From: Octopus sinensis
Taxonomy: Eukaryota
Assembly: GCF_006345805.1 (NCBI RefSeq)
Contig: NC_043005.1
Location: 20,770,001 to 20,834,000 of the forward strand
DNA: 64,000 nt
Reading direction: 5' to 3'
Shown here: piece by piece, positions 24,898-38,410 of the stretch
Layout: every line of letters starts with the position of its first letter
Numbering within the stretch: position 1 is the first letter of the stretch
Made by a program: the position numbers and the translations under genes
Notes under the pieces: model-generated
What the model saw: only the letters and a program-made list of their open reading frames with translations
What the model was told of the DNA's origin: nothing
The model's database searches: none

Positions 24898-25437
24898 AAA
24901 AATGCATACAAAGACGTCTTCAGCATAAACACATACTCACACTCGCATCATCCTCATCAATACAATCATGAAGAAGCCCTTAGATGTTTACACAAGCATG
25001 GTTGGACCTTTAAGAGATATAATGATTCTAGACACCCAACATTCCAGCAACACTTGAGTTTCATATAACATATAGAACAGCATAACCTAAGCATAAGAAC
25101 AATTAATAACCATCATAAATAAAACAGAAATACCTTACACAGTGTACAATACAAATAATGAGCAGACCAATGAAAAAGATGAGTATAAACAAAGAAGAAC
25201 CCTTCAATACAAGCACTACACTCTAAATCAAAAATAATACACAACCATTAAAATGAAGAAAAAGACTTACAAAAACAACAGTCTTGAGCTTAAGATCAAG
25301 CCCTATCTTTCAAGTGACTGGGGTAAAATTGAGATCAACAGCATATACATATAAATACCAACACTAGCATATTCCACAGAAGATGGACTAAGAAAAATAT
25401 ATTTCAGTAATTTCAATTCTAGATTGACCAAATGATT

Positions 25438-25525
25438 GGACCCTAATGAAGCTGCACTGACTATATTGCATGGTTGCATTCACAACAGTGAGCAGTCATT
25501 GCAGTGGAAACACATGTAGATCATT
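25438..25525 (+). ncRNA. Degenerate hammerhead motif
   Basis: CTAATGA 25443-49; stem II GCTGCACTGACT/AGTCATTGCAGT (11 of 12 pairs); GAAA 25507-10; ACACATGT-A; weak stem I. Confidence 0.45.
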
Positions 25526-25799
25526 ATAGTAGTCGCTGCAGCAAAAACAAGTGTAAGTCATTATATATGCCATATATCACTATAAATCTTCTAGCTGTAG
25601 AAGTCTCCAAACTCTTTATTACTATTAATATATATATATATATATATAAATTAGTAAATAAATGGCACAACTAAGTACCAATATTTACTGGAAATAGCGA
25701 ACGTAAAAATACGACGCTAATGTGTAGCTTCACCGCGTATGTATTAGCAAAAATGCGTGTGTGCAACAAAATAGAGAAAAAAAACCGTCTTACCTCCAG

Positions 25800-26230
25800 G
25801 GAGAACATCTGTACAGTTCACAAGTATCAGCACAAGGAATACTAGTGGAATATTCTCATGAAAACATCTGTCAAGTATAAGTATAACAGGCTGGATATTG
25901 TTTGGGACAGATGAGAAAAAGCATGTACCATCAGAGAGGTTAGCTGTCCAGTTGATGTGAATATCTCTTTGGATATCAATGAGAAAGAAGATAATTATGG
26001 ACAACTGCTTCAAAACCTCCAGCCCCTATATCCAGATCAGAAATTTACATTTATACCAATAAGAATTGGATTAACTGAGTTTGTAAGTAAATGCCTGTCA
26101 GCCTGGAAAGCTTAGATTTTCAGAAAAAGAAATTAACCAACACACTCACACATTATAAATTCAGTCTGTTGCTAGAACAGGAAAACTATGCAAGACTTTA
26201 GAGATATTGTTTACAGTATCTACATTTCAA
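25800..26230 (+). mobile_element. RLE-type LINE 3' fragment
   Basis: YWWNILMKT...YNRLDIVWD...CTIREVSCPVDVNI...EKEDNYG.L...IPIRIG. Confidence 0.7.
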
Positions 26231-26579
26231 TACTGGATCTTTGTATCTTTATCCGAAAACAACTCCTATTGCAGAAGAAGAATTTAAAGGATTAAAAACG
26301 GAAGAGAAACAAACACATGAATGCATACATCTATCAATCGATCCATCCACGTACGCATGCAAGCACATACACACATACATACATACATACATACATACAA
26401 ACAAAAAGAAAATACCTATTTGCCTGCTTGCATGCTGTTATGTATATTTTTATATTCCAGTGCAGAATTCTCAGTTTGATTCACTTGTTATCTTTACTGT
26501 AATGTTATTTAATTCCTTATTCTCATTTACCTCTGAACATACAAGCAGCATTAATGTAAATTACTCTTTCCAATTCCAG

Positions 26580-26750
26580 ATTATTCACAAATTGAGTGTG
26601 GACCTCCAAAAGAAGTTGTTGGTTCAGTGAAGTCCTATAATTCCACCATGTATAAATCTGAAGTCACCTATACTTGCCCAAAAGGAGAAAAAATGAAGTC
26701 AATGTGTGAAAAGAACAATGAGTGGACTCCAGTCGTATCTTCTTGTTATG
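26580..26750 (+). CDS. Exon C1: Sushi/CCP-like domain
   Basis: ttccAG at 26578-79, donor G/GTAATA; 171 nt, phase 1-1. YSQIECGPP...VTYTCPKG...CEKNNEWTPVVSSCY: four Cys plus the conserved Trp of CCP modules. Confidence 0.87.
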
Positions 26751-27837
26751 GTAATATAAAATGCTTGTTGCTTTCCAAAAGACATAGCTGTGAAGTAATT
26801 TTCAACTACACAGCCAAAATCACCATGCAAAACCACATTGTTGTTTATCAAACTTGTTGTCTCCACAGTTATACTGCACCTCATCTTTGTTGTTTTGCTC
26901 TTAATTTCTCACTTGAACTTTTTCATCCATACTTTAAGTTATCAATCAAGATCCTCCACAATACCCTGTGCCCAACTTTACCAAAACTTGACAATCCTCT
27001 GAAAAACAGAAAAAGATGAGGATGATTCTGCAATATTCATTAATATCAAAATTCACCCTGATAACCATGGATAAGTGAGCTCTGCCATTATTGTTCTCTA
27101 CTCTAAACCTACATGTTTATGCCATATAGTTTTCATTCACTCAAGCCTGTTTTGCTTCTTCTACCTATCTTTTAATTATTACTCATGAGGACAGTATCTT
27201 CCTTTCCATTCTCACTTTCTTTGCAACTGAAACTTCAAAAATACTAATAAGGGATTGGCTAAGCAAGAAAGTCACTGTTATCTGATCTATCAACCATATC
27301 CACCTTGCAACCTCATTTGCTATCGCCACCAAGCAAGAAAACTGACTTCTTTGATTGGTTGAAGGAATGTGTGAAGCAATCAGCTTCATAGGCTTGTCTC
27401 ATATCCAGATCTATCCCGTGTAGAAGACCATCTGTTTGACATAACTCTGCAAGTTAGCAGTATATAGAAAATGAAAGAGTGCATGCAATATTATTTCATT
27501 TTACCACAAGTATCTGGAACATTTTTTGTGATGCACTTTTATGACTAGATTTTATCTTGGGCCAGCAGAGCATTTTTGTAGCACTGCTGAGCCAAGCACT
27601 TCAGAATATTGTCCAAAGAATTCCCTGAGAAAAAGCATTGAAAAAAGAATTGCCCTTTTATTTTCATTGCTGCTCAAAGCAACCCTGAGAGTATCAATAT
27701 ATTGTTAGAATGGAACACCTACAAATCTCATTGCTCAGGTCACTTTTGATGTAGCATTAAACGAGATGTGTGTCCTAGTATTTTTAAGGCTTTTGAGTGT
27801 GATTGAAGGAAATTTTGCTTATAAGTTTAACATATTT

Positions 27838-28070
27838 AAGCAGGTGTGGCTGTATGATAAGAAGCATGCTTCCCAGCCACATAATCCCAGGTTCAGTCCC
27901 GCTGTGTGGTGCCTTGGACGAATGTCTTGTTCTATAGCCTCTGTGTGTGTCTTTGTGTTTGTCTTCCACCATTACTTGACAACTGGTGTTTGGTGGAAAG
28001 AGACCAATAGAATAAGTACCACGATTTAAAAAAATATAAGTAGTGGGGTATATTCTTTTAACTAAAAATT
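27838..28070 (+). mobile_element. tRNA-derived SINE (internally deleted)
   Basis: Head gtgtggctgtatgataagaagcatgcttccc...ggttcagtccc; tail gagaccaatagaataagtacc as at 2840. Confidence 0.7.
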
Positions 28071-28186
28071 CTTAATATTGGAGCCTAACAGATCTAAGTT
28101 ATACCCCAGGAAGTGCGCTTATGTCATTCAACACAACCATCTGATCCTTCAGATGATCATGGCAAACATGATGGACAACAGTTGGT

Positions 28187-31100
28187 TCATCATCATCATC
28201 ATCATCATTTAGCGTCCGCTTTCCATGCTAGCATGGGTTGGACGGGTCAACTGGGGTCTGTGAAGCTGGAAGGCTTCGTCAGGCCCAGTCAGATCTGGCA
28301 GTGTTTCTACGGCTGGATGCCCTTCCTAACGCCAACCACTCCGCGAGTGTAGTGGGTGTTTTTTACGTGCCACCTGCACAGGTGCCAGACAGAGCTGACG
28401 AACGGATGGTGCTTTTACGTGTCAACCGGCACGGGGCCAGGCGATGCTGGCAACGGACACGAACGGATGGTGCTTTTACGTGCCACCGACACGGGGCCAG
28501 ACAGAGCTGGCAAACGGCCACGAAAACGGACGGTGCTTTTACGTGTCACCGGCACGGGGGCCAGCCGAGGCTGACCACCGAGGCGACAAACACGAACGGA
28601 TGGTGCTTTTACGTGCCGCCGACACGGGGCCAGACAGAGCTGGCAAATGGCCATGAAGGGACGTGCTTTTACGTGTCACCGGCACGGGGGCCAGCCGAGG
28701 CTGGCAACGGACGCGAACGGATGGTGGTGCTTTTACGTGCCACCGACACAGTTGCCAGACAGAGCTGGCAAACGGCCATGAACGGACGGTGCTTTTACGT
28801 GTCACCGGCACGGGGGCCAGCCGAGGCTGGCAACGGACACGAACGGATGGTGCTTTTACGTGCCACCGACACAGGGTCAGACAGAGCTGGCAAACGGCCA
28901 CGAACGGACGGTGCTTTTACGTGTCACCGGCACGGGGCCAGGCGAGGCTGTCAATGAACACGAACGGATGGTGCTTTTACGTGCCACCGACACGGGGGCC
29001 AGGCAGAGCTGGCAAACGGCCATGAGCGAATGGTGCTTTTACGTATCACCGGCACGGGTGCCAGACGAGGCTGACAGCGGACACGAACGGATGGGTCACT
29101 TAACCCCTGCTTTCTGATATATGATTTCATTTTGATTGTTCTCACTGGTCTTGCCAGGTCTTCTGATGCACAGCATACTTCCCATAGGTCTCGGTCCTGT
29201 CATTTCCCTTGGTGAGACCTAGAGTTCGAAGGTTGTGCTTCACACCACCACCACCTCGACCCAGGTTTTCCTGGTCTAACCTCTTCCACAGGTCCCCTCC
29301 AACTGCCAGGGTGTGCATTTTTCACACACCTATCTTCATCCATTTCTCGCCACATTACCATACCAGCGCAATCGTCTCTCTTGCACACATGCCCTTAGGT
29401 CCAACTTTTCTCTCAAGGTCTTACACTCTGTCGACTATGACACGGACATACAACATCCACAACGGAGCTACTAAGCTCATTTCTCGCGAGCTTACGCATG
29501 TCCTCAGCAGCAGTCCCATGTTTCACGTTTCACTGCCATGTAGCATGGCTGTTCGTACACATCATCACACCCCACACCCCACTACTTACTTGGTCACCAA
29601 TATAACGGAAGCTATCACTACTCTAGTTTTTTTCCCCTGGAAAGTGACGAAGTTGTTTTCTGCAGATTTTCAAGGTTAATGCTCCCGAGCATCTGCCACA
29701 TACAAAAACCATCTTCCTAGTTAGCCTTCCTATGACATTGCTGCACCCTTATGTGTCCATAGCTTACACTTGGTGCATCTTATAGAGTTTCTACCTACAC
29801 CTTTTCTACAGATTGAGCAGGGCCATCTACCTGAAGGCATTTGTGATTTGTCTACCTTCCTACTTACTACGACTTTGGTTTTAGCTAGGTTGACTCTAAG
29901 CCCCTTCGATTCTAAACCATGCTTCCACACCTGAAACTTCTTCTCCAGTTCTGATAATGAATCAGCAATTAGAGCAGGTCATCAGCATAGAGGAGCTCCC
30001 AGGGGCATCCTGTCTTGAATTCCTCCGTTATTGCCTGGAGGACTATGATAAATAGGAGGGGGCTGAGGACTGAGCTTGGTGGGACCCCTACCTCTACCCG
30101 GAATTCTTCACTGTACTCATTGCCAACCCTCACCTTACTAGCAGCGTCCCGTACATGGCTTGCATAGCTCTCACTAACCATTCATCTATTCCTAGTTTCC
30201 CTCATTGACCACCATATGAGGGATCGGGGGACCCTGGGGCTGAGGACTGAGCCTTGGTGGACCCCTACCTCTACCGGGAATTCTTCACTGTACTCATTGC
30301 CAACCCTCACCTTACTAGCAGCGTCCCTGTACATGGCTTGCATAGCTCTCACTAACATTCATCTATTCCTAGTTTCCTCATTGACCACCATATGAGGGAT
30401 CGGGGGACCCTGTCGAAGGCTTTCTCCATGTCAACAAAAGCCAGTACAGGGGCTTATCTTTGGCTAGGTATTTCCCTGCAGCTGCCTTACCAGAATATAG
30501 CATCAGTGGTACTTTTCCTGGACAACCCCAAACTGCATCTCACCTAAACTAACTCTCTCTCAAATAGTTGGCTTATGACCCTCTCTGTAACCTCATCACC
30601 TGATCCAACAGCTTGATACCTCTGTAATTATTTGTATCTAGGGCATCACCTTTACCTTTGTAGCAGTGACTATTATGCTGCTACACCAGTCATTCGGTAT
30701 GACTCCTTCATGTATCACCTGATTAACTATACAGGTGACTAGGCTATAGCCGACACTACCAGATATTTTGAGCATCTCTGCTGTGATACCTGATGGGCCT
30801 GGGCTTTCCTGTCTTCATGCTTCTAATTGCCTTAGCTACCAAGGAACTATAAAACCCTGATAGTGGTCCCTCTGTTGGGTCAACATTCGGCAGACTCTTT
30901 ATCCCATTCATTTTCTTTATTCAGCAACCTTTCATAGTGGCGTCTCCAGCCTCTCTTTTGCATCCTCGTTTAGCGCAAGTGAACCATCTTCCATGCAAAC
31001 ACACTTCTCTCCCACAACACACATTTTCTCTCACACACTGTCTTGCAACGCGAAACACTCCAGTCTTGGTCCTCACGGTGCAGAACATTGGCAAATTTTT

Positions 31101-32036
31101 TCTTATCTGCTTCCCCTCTGGCTAGATAGACCTGTCTCCTAGCTTCCCTTTTAGCAGTCTGATACAATTCCCTGCTACCACCATTCTTCCAGTGCTTCCA
31201 AGTCTGTCTCTTTTCCCTAATAGCCCTGTCTACGACACTGTTCCACCACCACGTTACCTTGGGACGAGAGGGGACTTTGCACCAGCCACAGATCTGGTCA
31301 GTGGCTCTCAGCAGGTTGTCCCTTAGAACGTCCAGTTGCCCTCTACCCCATGTGATACTCTATCCCTTCTACTTCATCAAAGGCTTCAAGTAACATGTCT
31401 CTAAATCTCTGTCCATTCACAGGATCCTTAAGCTTCCAGATCCTTCTTCTCCATGTTGGTCGTCTTCTGGTTGTCCTCCTACTCCTGATCCTAAAGTCAC
31501 TAACTACCAGTCTATGTTGTTGGGTACATTCTTCGCCTGGCAAGGTTTTGGCATTTATAAGTAGCCATCTCTCCCTTTGCCTGGCAAGGATGTAGTCAAT
31601 TTGGCTGGTATGTTGGCCCGATCGGTAGGTGACTAGGTGGCTGGTAGGTTTCCTGAAGTTAGTGTTGCAAATCATAAGATTATTTGCATCGCAGAACTCC
31701 AGCAGCCTGGTTCCCTCCTCGTTGTGGGAACCAGAGCCATAGCCCCCATGTACGCCATGGAAGCCCCCAGCATGTCGTCCAACGTGACCATTGAAGTCAC
31801 CAGCCACAAAGAGAAGGTCTCTGTCGTTCATCAACGAGGTAGTCAGTGTGTAGAGTGTCATAGAATCGGTCTTTCTGTCCATCAGGTAGCCCCGACTGAG
31901 GAGCATAGGCTGATATAATGGTTGCTAAACTATGATGAAGCGCTAATCTAATCTTAAGTATTCTGTCGCATACTCTGATTACCTCAATTACTTTATCTAC
32001 CCATTTCTCAGCGATAAGTATACCCACGCCTCCAAC
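28187..32036 (-). mobile_element. RTE-clade LINE (EN, RT, 3' UTR), 5'-truncated, frameshifted
   Basis: AGDFNGHVG, SQIDYIL, QHRLVVSDF (EN); VGVP..SVLSPLLF, YADD (RT); (CAT)n tail at 28187. Confidence 0.92.
28355..29110. repeat. GC-rich ~61-bp minisatellite in RTE 3' UTR, alternating A/B units
   Basis: About 12 occurrences of gtgcttttacgt, followed alternately by gccacc and gtcacc. Confidence 0.9.
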
Positions 32037-33276
32037 CCCGTCAGTGTTCCACCCCGTCAGTGTTCCACCCCGTCAGTGTTCCACCCCATCAGTGTTCAAT
32101 GTTAATTTATTTATTACAGTAATAAACACTTACATACTCAGGCTGGGCATGGTCTATGTTAATGTCACAGTTTGACAAGGGAGGGTGGCCCCAGAATCCC
32201 ATGACACAGCTTTATTTTTTTCTGTCATAATTAGTTTACTGAAAAATAAAGCTACCACTTTGTAATGTATTATATATTCATTGTTTAGAATATTTAATTC
32301 TAGAAATCAATGGAATTGTGTGATATTCATGTCTTTCTTAAGAGCTCCATCTCCCTATATAAAGTGAACTGAATTAACTTGAAAACCAAACTTAATTAAT
32401 CGGCTCAATCTACTCTATCTGTGTTTTTACTAAATGAACAGCTAGAGGAAAATACATATGTCAACTTGCTGCAGGGTAAAAATGTATATTAAAAATTAGC
32501 TGTTGACTGAACAGCAATATTATATTTGATTCAAATTTCACCCTTGGTGGGTGCTAAAATCATTATGTTAATGACTTATTTTGGTCATGGGATTCATAAG
32601 CGACAACCTTTTTTCTTCATCTCACTAAAAGTACAATTTTGATTTAGAATTTTTTGCTTGCTATATTAAGTTGTGAGTGTCTATATTTACTACATTTTTT
32701 GATTTCTTTACTAGATAATGAAAGTGAATATACATCACGAAAGTGAAGTTATTTTTGTTCTATAAGGCTAAACGTTGCAAGATCAGTTAATTGATGTGTT
32801 ACAGTCCTTGTCATGACTAAGTATAGTTAGTGTCATCCATTTACATACTGGCTTGAAATCACAACAGAATATATTTCACCTTTCATACTTCTGTGGTTGA
32901 TGAAATAAGCATTAGTCATATACTGAGGTTGATATATTGTCATGTGCAGAGTGTGTATCTTTAATATTGGTTACTTCAACAATCATTATATTTTTGTATT
33001 CTTGTTGTGATGAAGGGTGATAGATCAACAAAGTCATTTGAGCATCAGTCAAAATGTGTTGTGGAATGTGTTCTGGCTATTTGACTTTTGAACATAAATC
33101 CTGCTGATGCTGACTTTGCTCTTCTTGGGTCAATAAAATGTAATGCTTGTCTGGTGCAGAGGTCAACCTAATAAACTTATTCCTTCCTCTAAATCTTGGC
33201 CTTGTTTCTTTATTGCAATGTATTGTTGTTGTTATTGGTATATTTCATTACCTTAAATTTTATTTTTTAACTCTAG

Positions 33277-33513
33277 ATGCTGCGATCTATTTTGTGAAAG
33301 TAAATGATGCATCTCTGGATGTGACGGGGAAAATATTGAGTAAGAATGCAGTAACAGCAGACGCTTGTGCAGAAAGATGTCTTTCTGATAAAAATTGTTT
33401 ATCATTTGAAATGTCTAAAGGAAATGGTAAATGTTACTTATTGAAGCAAACTGCAGCTTCCTCTAAGAAAATAAAAACAGACAAAAGCAGAGATTATTAC
33501 CAACGAGTAAAAT
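33277..33513 (+). CDS. Exon A2: PAN/apple domain (type A)
   Basis: ctctAG at 33275-76, donor T/GTAATT; 237 nt, phase 1-1. 49 of 79 residues identical to A1 by hand count. Confidence 0.9.
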
Positions 33514-34259
33514 GTAATTATATTTTGTATTTTATTATTGGATATTTTTTCCCTCTTTTTCTGAACTCATGATTCCATTTGTACTTCAGAATATATAGAC
33601 AATTATTTGTGTAAAGACACAAATGACAGACATAAACATATTCTAGAAATATGCAGTATTAAGAACTGTGAATACTGGCAGCACATTCTAACACAATTTT
33701 TGTTCACTTTGAACACATAAATGCATGATTTTGATTAATATTCTTTATAGAGGCAAGAAGCTTTTGTTTTCTGAAACCTGGACAGTAGTAATGGCAGCAG
33801 CAGTAGTGATAGTACAGGTCATAATAGCATTAGCAGTAATGTTATCAACTGCTTTCTCTTCATTTCCATATGTAGGTGTGGTTTAGTGCTATTACTGCAT
33901 AGTGCCTCAAGATTAGAAGCTGTTGTACTTAATCTGATATACATAAATTACACTAAGGGAAATGCCAAACTATGTGGTTGTATATCTCTTATATTTTGGC
34001 ATGGTTATGGCAGGATTCTTTTCTATTACTGTCCATTATACACATGGAGAGTACATTTTGTCATGCTACTAGAAGTAGAGAAATTGTTTGCTGTGAGAGA
34101 AGAAGCTTCTCAATATAAGATAAGTTCCCATTTACTAATTGTGAGAACAAAATAGCCAAGAAATGAACTCAGTTTTATTTCAAGGATGTTGTTTGCTGCT
34201 AAAATATTTCCTTCTTGAAACTTAGAACACCAACAAAAATTCACTAGGTTTAATGATCA

Positions 34260-34800
34260 CAAAGTTAGAAGTCTCATGAATACTGGGATTTCAATACTGT
34301 AACGGAGAATTTTTCTCAGTCAAAATGAAGGCAAGCCATTTCAATATGTATATCTATGAGGGCCTTCAACTGGGCTGAAGTTGTAGACCTCATAGCAATC
34401 TTTATTCTGGTCACCCACAAGAGGTTCAATTGCATTGACAGATCAGGTTTATACAGGGACAATTGCCTTGCAATTCCAAGTAATATTAATGGCCATGCCA
34501 TGAATATATAAAGAAAACCTCAAATGGAATCTTAAAGAACTAACATTTTAACTTAATGAACATTACTTGAGACTTGAAACCAGGTATAAGAGAGTTAATA
34601 CTCCTACAGGAAGCCTAATAAGAAAAACAAACATTTTCAGAGGAATTACCAGTATTTCCAGAGCGCATTATGAAACATTGAATCTGGTTTTCCTAAAAGA
34701 ATCTCCAATTTATTCTCAAATAGAGATACTTTTGACAATATTTTGTACAATACAACAAGGTGTTAGTTAAAATTGTATTTAGACAGCAGTTAGTTTAAAC
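34260..34800 (+). mobile_element. Decayed Penelope-like RT fragment
   Basis: Remnants AFNWAEVVDLIAIFIL and GLYRDNCLAI resemble the G(S/A)FDGAE..EL.G and GLYRDDGL motifs. Confidence 0.45.
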
Positions 34801-35368
34801 AGATTATGCTCCACTTCCAAACCTGAAGAAAACTAAGAAATAAAATAACTTCTCTTCAGTTTAAATGTCTCCATGAGTACAGCTAGAAAGGTTTAATCCT
34901 GCATTAGACACTGTTTCTCAGGTGCACATAAGCACCATAATTTTATGAATGTGCATGGTATTATGAATTGTTACTTCTGTCCAGAGATTTCAGCATTGTA
35001 TGTTGCAATAGAAAAAATATACTCATATCCAGCTCTTATCTGTGACACCTACATTTAGTTGCCAAAGCCAATCCCCATCTCTCTGCTGTGAGAATTCAGC
35101 CTTCAAGAATAGTGGTTTTTAGAGCAAGCATCACTTAACCTGATTGTTTCCTAATGAATTACATGGGAGTCTCACCCGATAATTTCAAGGAAAGATATTT
35201 CCTTGGTGTGCCCGGCCATGAACTCGCGTGTCTGTGCGGGGGCATGCATGCATGCACATGTATGTGTATGTGGGTGCATTCCGGCGTATCCACTTATACT
35301 TACTATATTAGGTTTATCTTTGTGCCCTCCTTAATTTGTATTCCATTTATTTATCTATATATATACAT

Positions 35369-35421
<53 letters not shown>

Positions 35422-36407
35422 TATTTATTTATTTAATTATTTATTTTTGTTTATTTGGCACTTACTAATCTATAATTATTAAACTTATTCTAAATTAATA
35501 GTAACTTCTGTAGGTGTGTGAAAATGTGTATGTGTACGTATGTATGTTTTTGTATATATAGGTATGATCGTGGGTGGATGTACAGATGTATGTTTTTATT
35601 ACACATATGAGCATGCAGGTGCGTACTTGGATATGTATATATGTATATGCGAATATTTATTCATGGGTGGCTATAAATATAGGTTTTATTTGTACGTATG
35701 AGTGCGCAGATATATATTTAAATATATATATATGTGTGTGCGAAAGTTCCCTGACACAGTATAGGAAAGTGTATTAATATTTATGCATATATGCGGATGT
35801 GTGTGTGAGTGTGTGTGTTAGTGTTAGACACTGCTGCCTGTACTGATTTGTCTATAAGCCATGCGATGACAGACATGCACTCTGCAATTTAGTGAATGTG
35901 TAGAGATGTGTCGGGGTGTATTCATGTGTGTGTGCATGTGTGTGTGAGTTTCTGTGTAGATGTGTGGGTTTAGGGTTAGATGTGTATGTTTTGCTTGTGC
36001 GGTGTGGTGGAGGTCGGGCAGCTCTCAATTGACCAACCGTGAGGAAGATAATGATAATTTTAAATTCAAATCCAATAGTGTATTTATGTCATAAGGAAAA
36101 TTACTAACTGGAACCCGGACATACATATATACCGCTCTGGATCCTAATGTAAGCGTTATTAATAATATTATGAATGATAATAATGGTAACATTAATGGTA
36201 TTGACAACGATAATGATGCTAACTTTAATGACACTTTAGAAATTAGCATGAAGTAATATAATGTACTATTGACTATGTATATTTGCATCTAAGTACTAAT
36301 TTGTGTATGTTTATTATCACAATATTAAGTTGAAAAACTGAGACGTTGAATGTGGAACACATATATATGTTTACTAATTTATATTGTTTATTTATATCAT
36401 TATGTAT

Positions 36408-38410
36408 GATTGATTGATTGATTGATTGATTGATTCTAGTTTCAGCTTATGAGCTGTGGCCATGCTGGGGCACCGCCATTTGGTGTTGCTACTTGGTTCA
36501 CTTCATGGAGGCTTTCTAGCAACTGCTATTTGGTGATGAGAGATTCGATGCAGCTGCCCTCATCTGCCCCTCCTGCCGTGAAGTTGGTTCATCTGGGACA
36601 CCTGACAGGAAGAGATCCAGCTTCATTTTAAAGACATCTGTATCCACCCCATGCAGGTCTCTCAGGTTCTTCGGGAGGATATTGAAGAGCTGTGGGCCTC
36701 GGAAGCCCAGGCTATCACAGAATCTTGTCCTACATCTTGATGGCAGGTTTGGAGTCCTAGGCACCACGCAGTGGCGCCCAGTTCTGGCATTTGCGTAACT
36801 CTCGATGCCAAAGTTCAGGACACTTCCCTCCAGGATCTTCCAGATGTATATTATGGCATATCTTTCCCGCCTACGCTCCAGGGAATATAATTTTAATCTC
36901 TTGAGTCTTTCCCAGTAGCTTACATTCTGCATAGAGGCTATCTTCTTTGTGTAGCTTCGTTGGGTCGCCTCAAGTTCTGTGATCAACTTGACACTGGATG
37001 GTGACCATAGCTGAGAGCAATAGTCAAAGTGGCTTAGGACAAGTTCCAGAGGACCATCATGGTTTCTTGTTCTCTTGTTCTAAAGGTTCTAAGAATCCAT
37101 CCAGCCAGCCGTCTACATTTCAGTGTCAGTTTAGCAACATGTACATGAAAGGTCGCGTCATCACTCATGTGAATACCCAGGTCACGCACTGATTGTGCCT
37201 CTGGGATTGCAATCCCTCCGGGTCCAGTGTATTCATTGGGTATTGCATTCAGTTTTGCATGCTGATAGTATAAAGCTTGAAACTTTCCAGCATTGAACTG
37301 CATGCTATTCTTTTCAGCCCACTTGTATATTTCGTCCAGCTCACATTGCAGGTGTTTAGTGTCCTCAGGGTTCTGTATTGCCTGTGAAACTTTTGTATCA
37401 TCTGCATAACTTGTGATCGTGGCTCTCTGCGTGGCTGAGGGCATGTCTGAGAGGGCCATTATGAACAGTAGTGGTCCCAGAACAGTGCCCTGCGGAACAC
37501 CGCTCACTATTTGTGTGTTAATGAGGTGGCCCCATTGGCTACTACCACCTGACTCTATCCTTCAGAAAGTCATGAAGCCATTCTCCCAGTTTTCCAACTA
37601 TGTTGAGATCACGCAGTTTGTGACATATCATTCCATGATCGACTTTATCAAAGGCCTTTGCAAAGTCGAGATATATCACTTCCACATTTGAGTGGTTGAG
37701 CAGCCGTTTCAGCACCCAGTCATAGTGTTGTAGGAGCTGAGTTAAACAGCTTCTCCCTGGTCGGAAACCATGTTGGGTGTCGGGCAGCAAGTCATTCTCT
37801 TCAAGGAAGGTGATCAGCTTCCTTCTGACTATTCGTTCCATGACCTTGCTGATGTGTGAGGTCAGAGAGATAGGTCTATAGTTCTTGGCTTCCGCTCTGC
37901 TACCTCCTTTATGAATGGGGCATATTTTACCTTCCTTCAGTTTCCTGGAAGTTTGCCAGCTGCAAGGAAGCTCTGAAAGAGGAACTGCAGTGGTCTTGCT
38001 AGGACTCTCTTACATGCTTTTAGGAGGATTGCCGGGAATCCATCGGGGCAGTAGCTGAGTCTGTTTTCATTTCATCTATAGCCTTGGTTACATCTTCTTC
38101 CTTTATATCGATGTAATCTATCGTCGCCGCCTCTGATTTTATATCTGCAGTGTTAAAAAAGTCAGTTGGATTGGTGATTTGGAGATGCCCAAGGGGTGGA
38201 GTGAAAACACTCTTGAATTGCTCATTCAGTATTTCACTTACCCTCATTGGTTTTCCTGTAAGTGTGCCATCCTTTTCGAGGAGTGGCCCTATTCTACAGT
38301 GCACTGTAGCTGTTTCTTTGGCATACCTGTAGAAAGCTCTGGGGTTAGATTTTATGTTTTCTATAGCCCAGGCTTCTCTGTCTGCTCTTTCTTTTTCATG
38401 GGAGAGTTGC
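36408..38410 (-). mobile_element. 5'-truncated CR1-group LINE with (AATC)n tail
   Basis: QHGFRPGRSCLTQLL, YLDFAKAFDKVDH, GVPQGTVLGPLLF, YADDT, LYSLERRRER; (GATT)n at 36408-36435 on plus. Confidence 0.9.

Noticed and set aside
28238-28957. 239-aa ORF and overlapping ORFs as a repeat protein gene
   Set aside because: Open frames arise from the GC-rich minisatellite on the antisense of a LINE 3' UTR.
28355-29110. CRISPR-like appearance of regularly spaced repeats
   Set aside because: Intervening sequences are themselves repeated (A/B units), not unique spacers; eukaryotic LINE 3' UTR context, no cas genes.
36020-36270. Asn/Asp-rich reading frame
   Set aside because: Contains a stop, lacks splice signals, and is best explained as a decayed (AAT/GAT)n tract.
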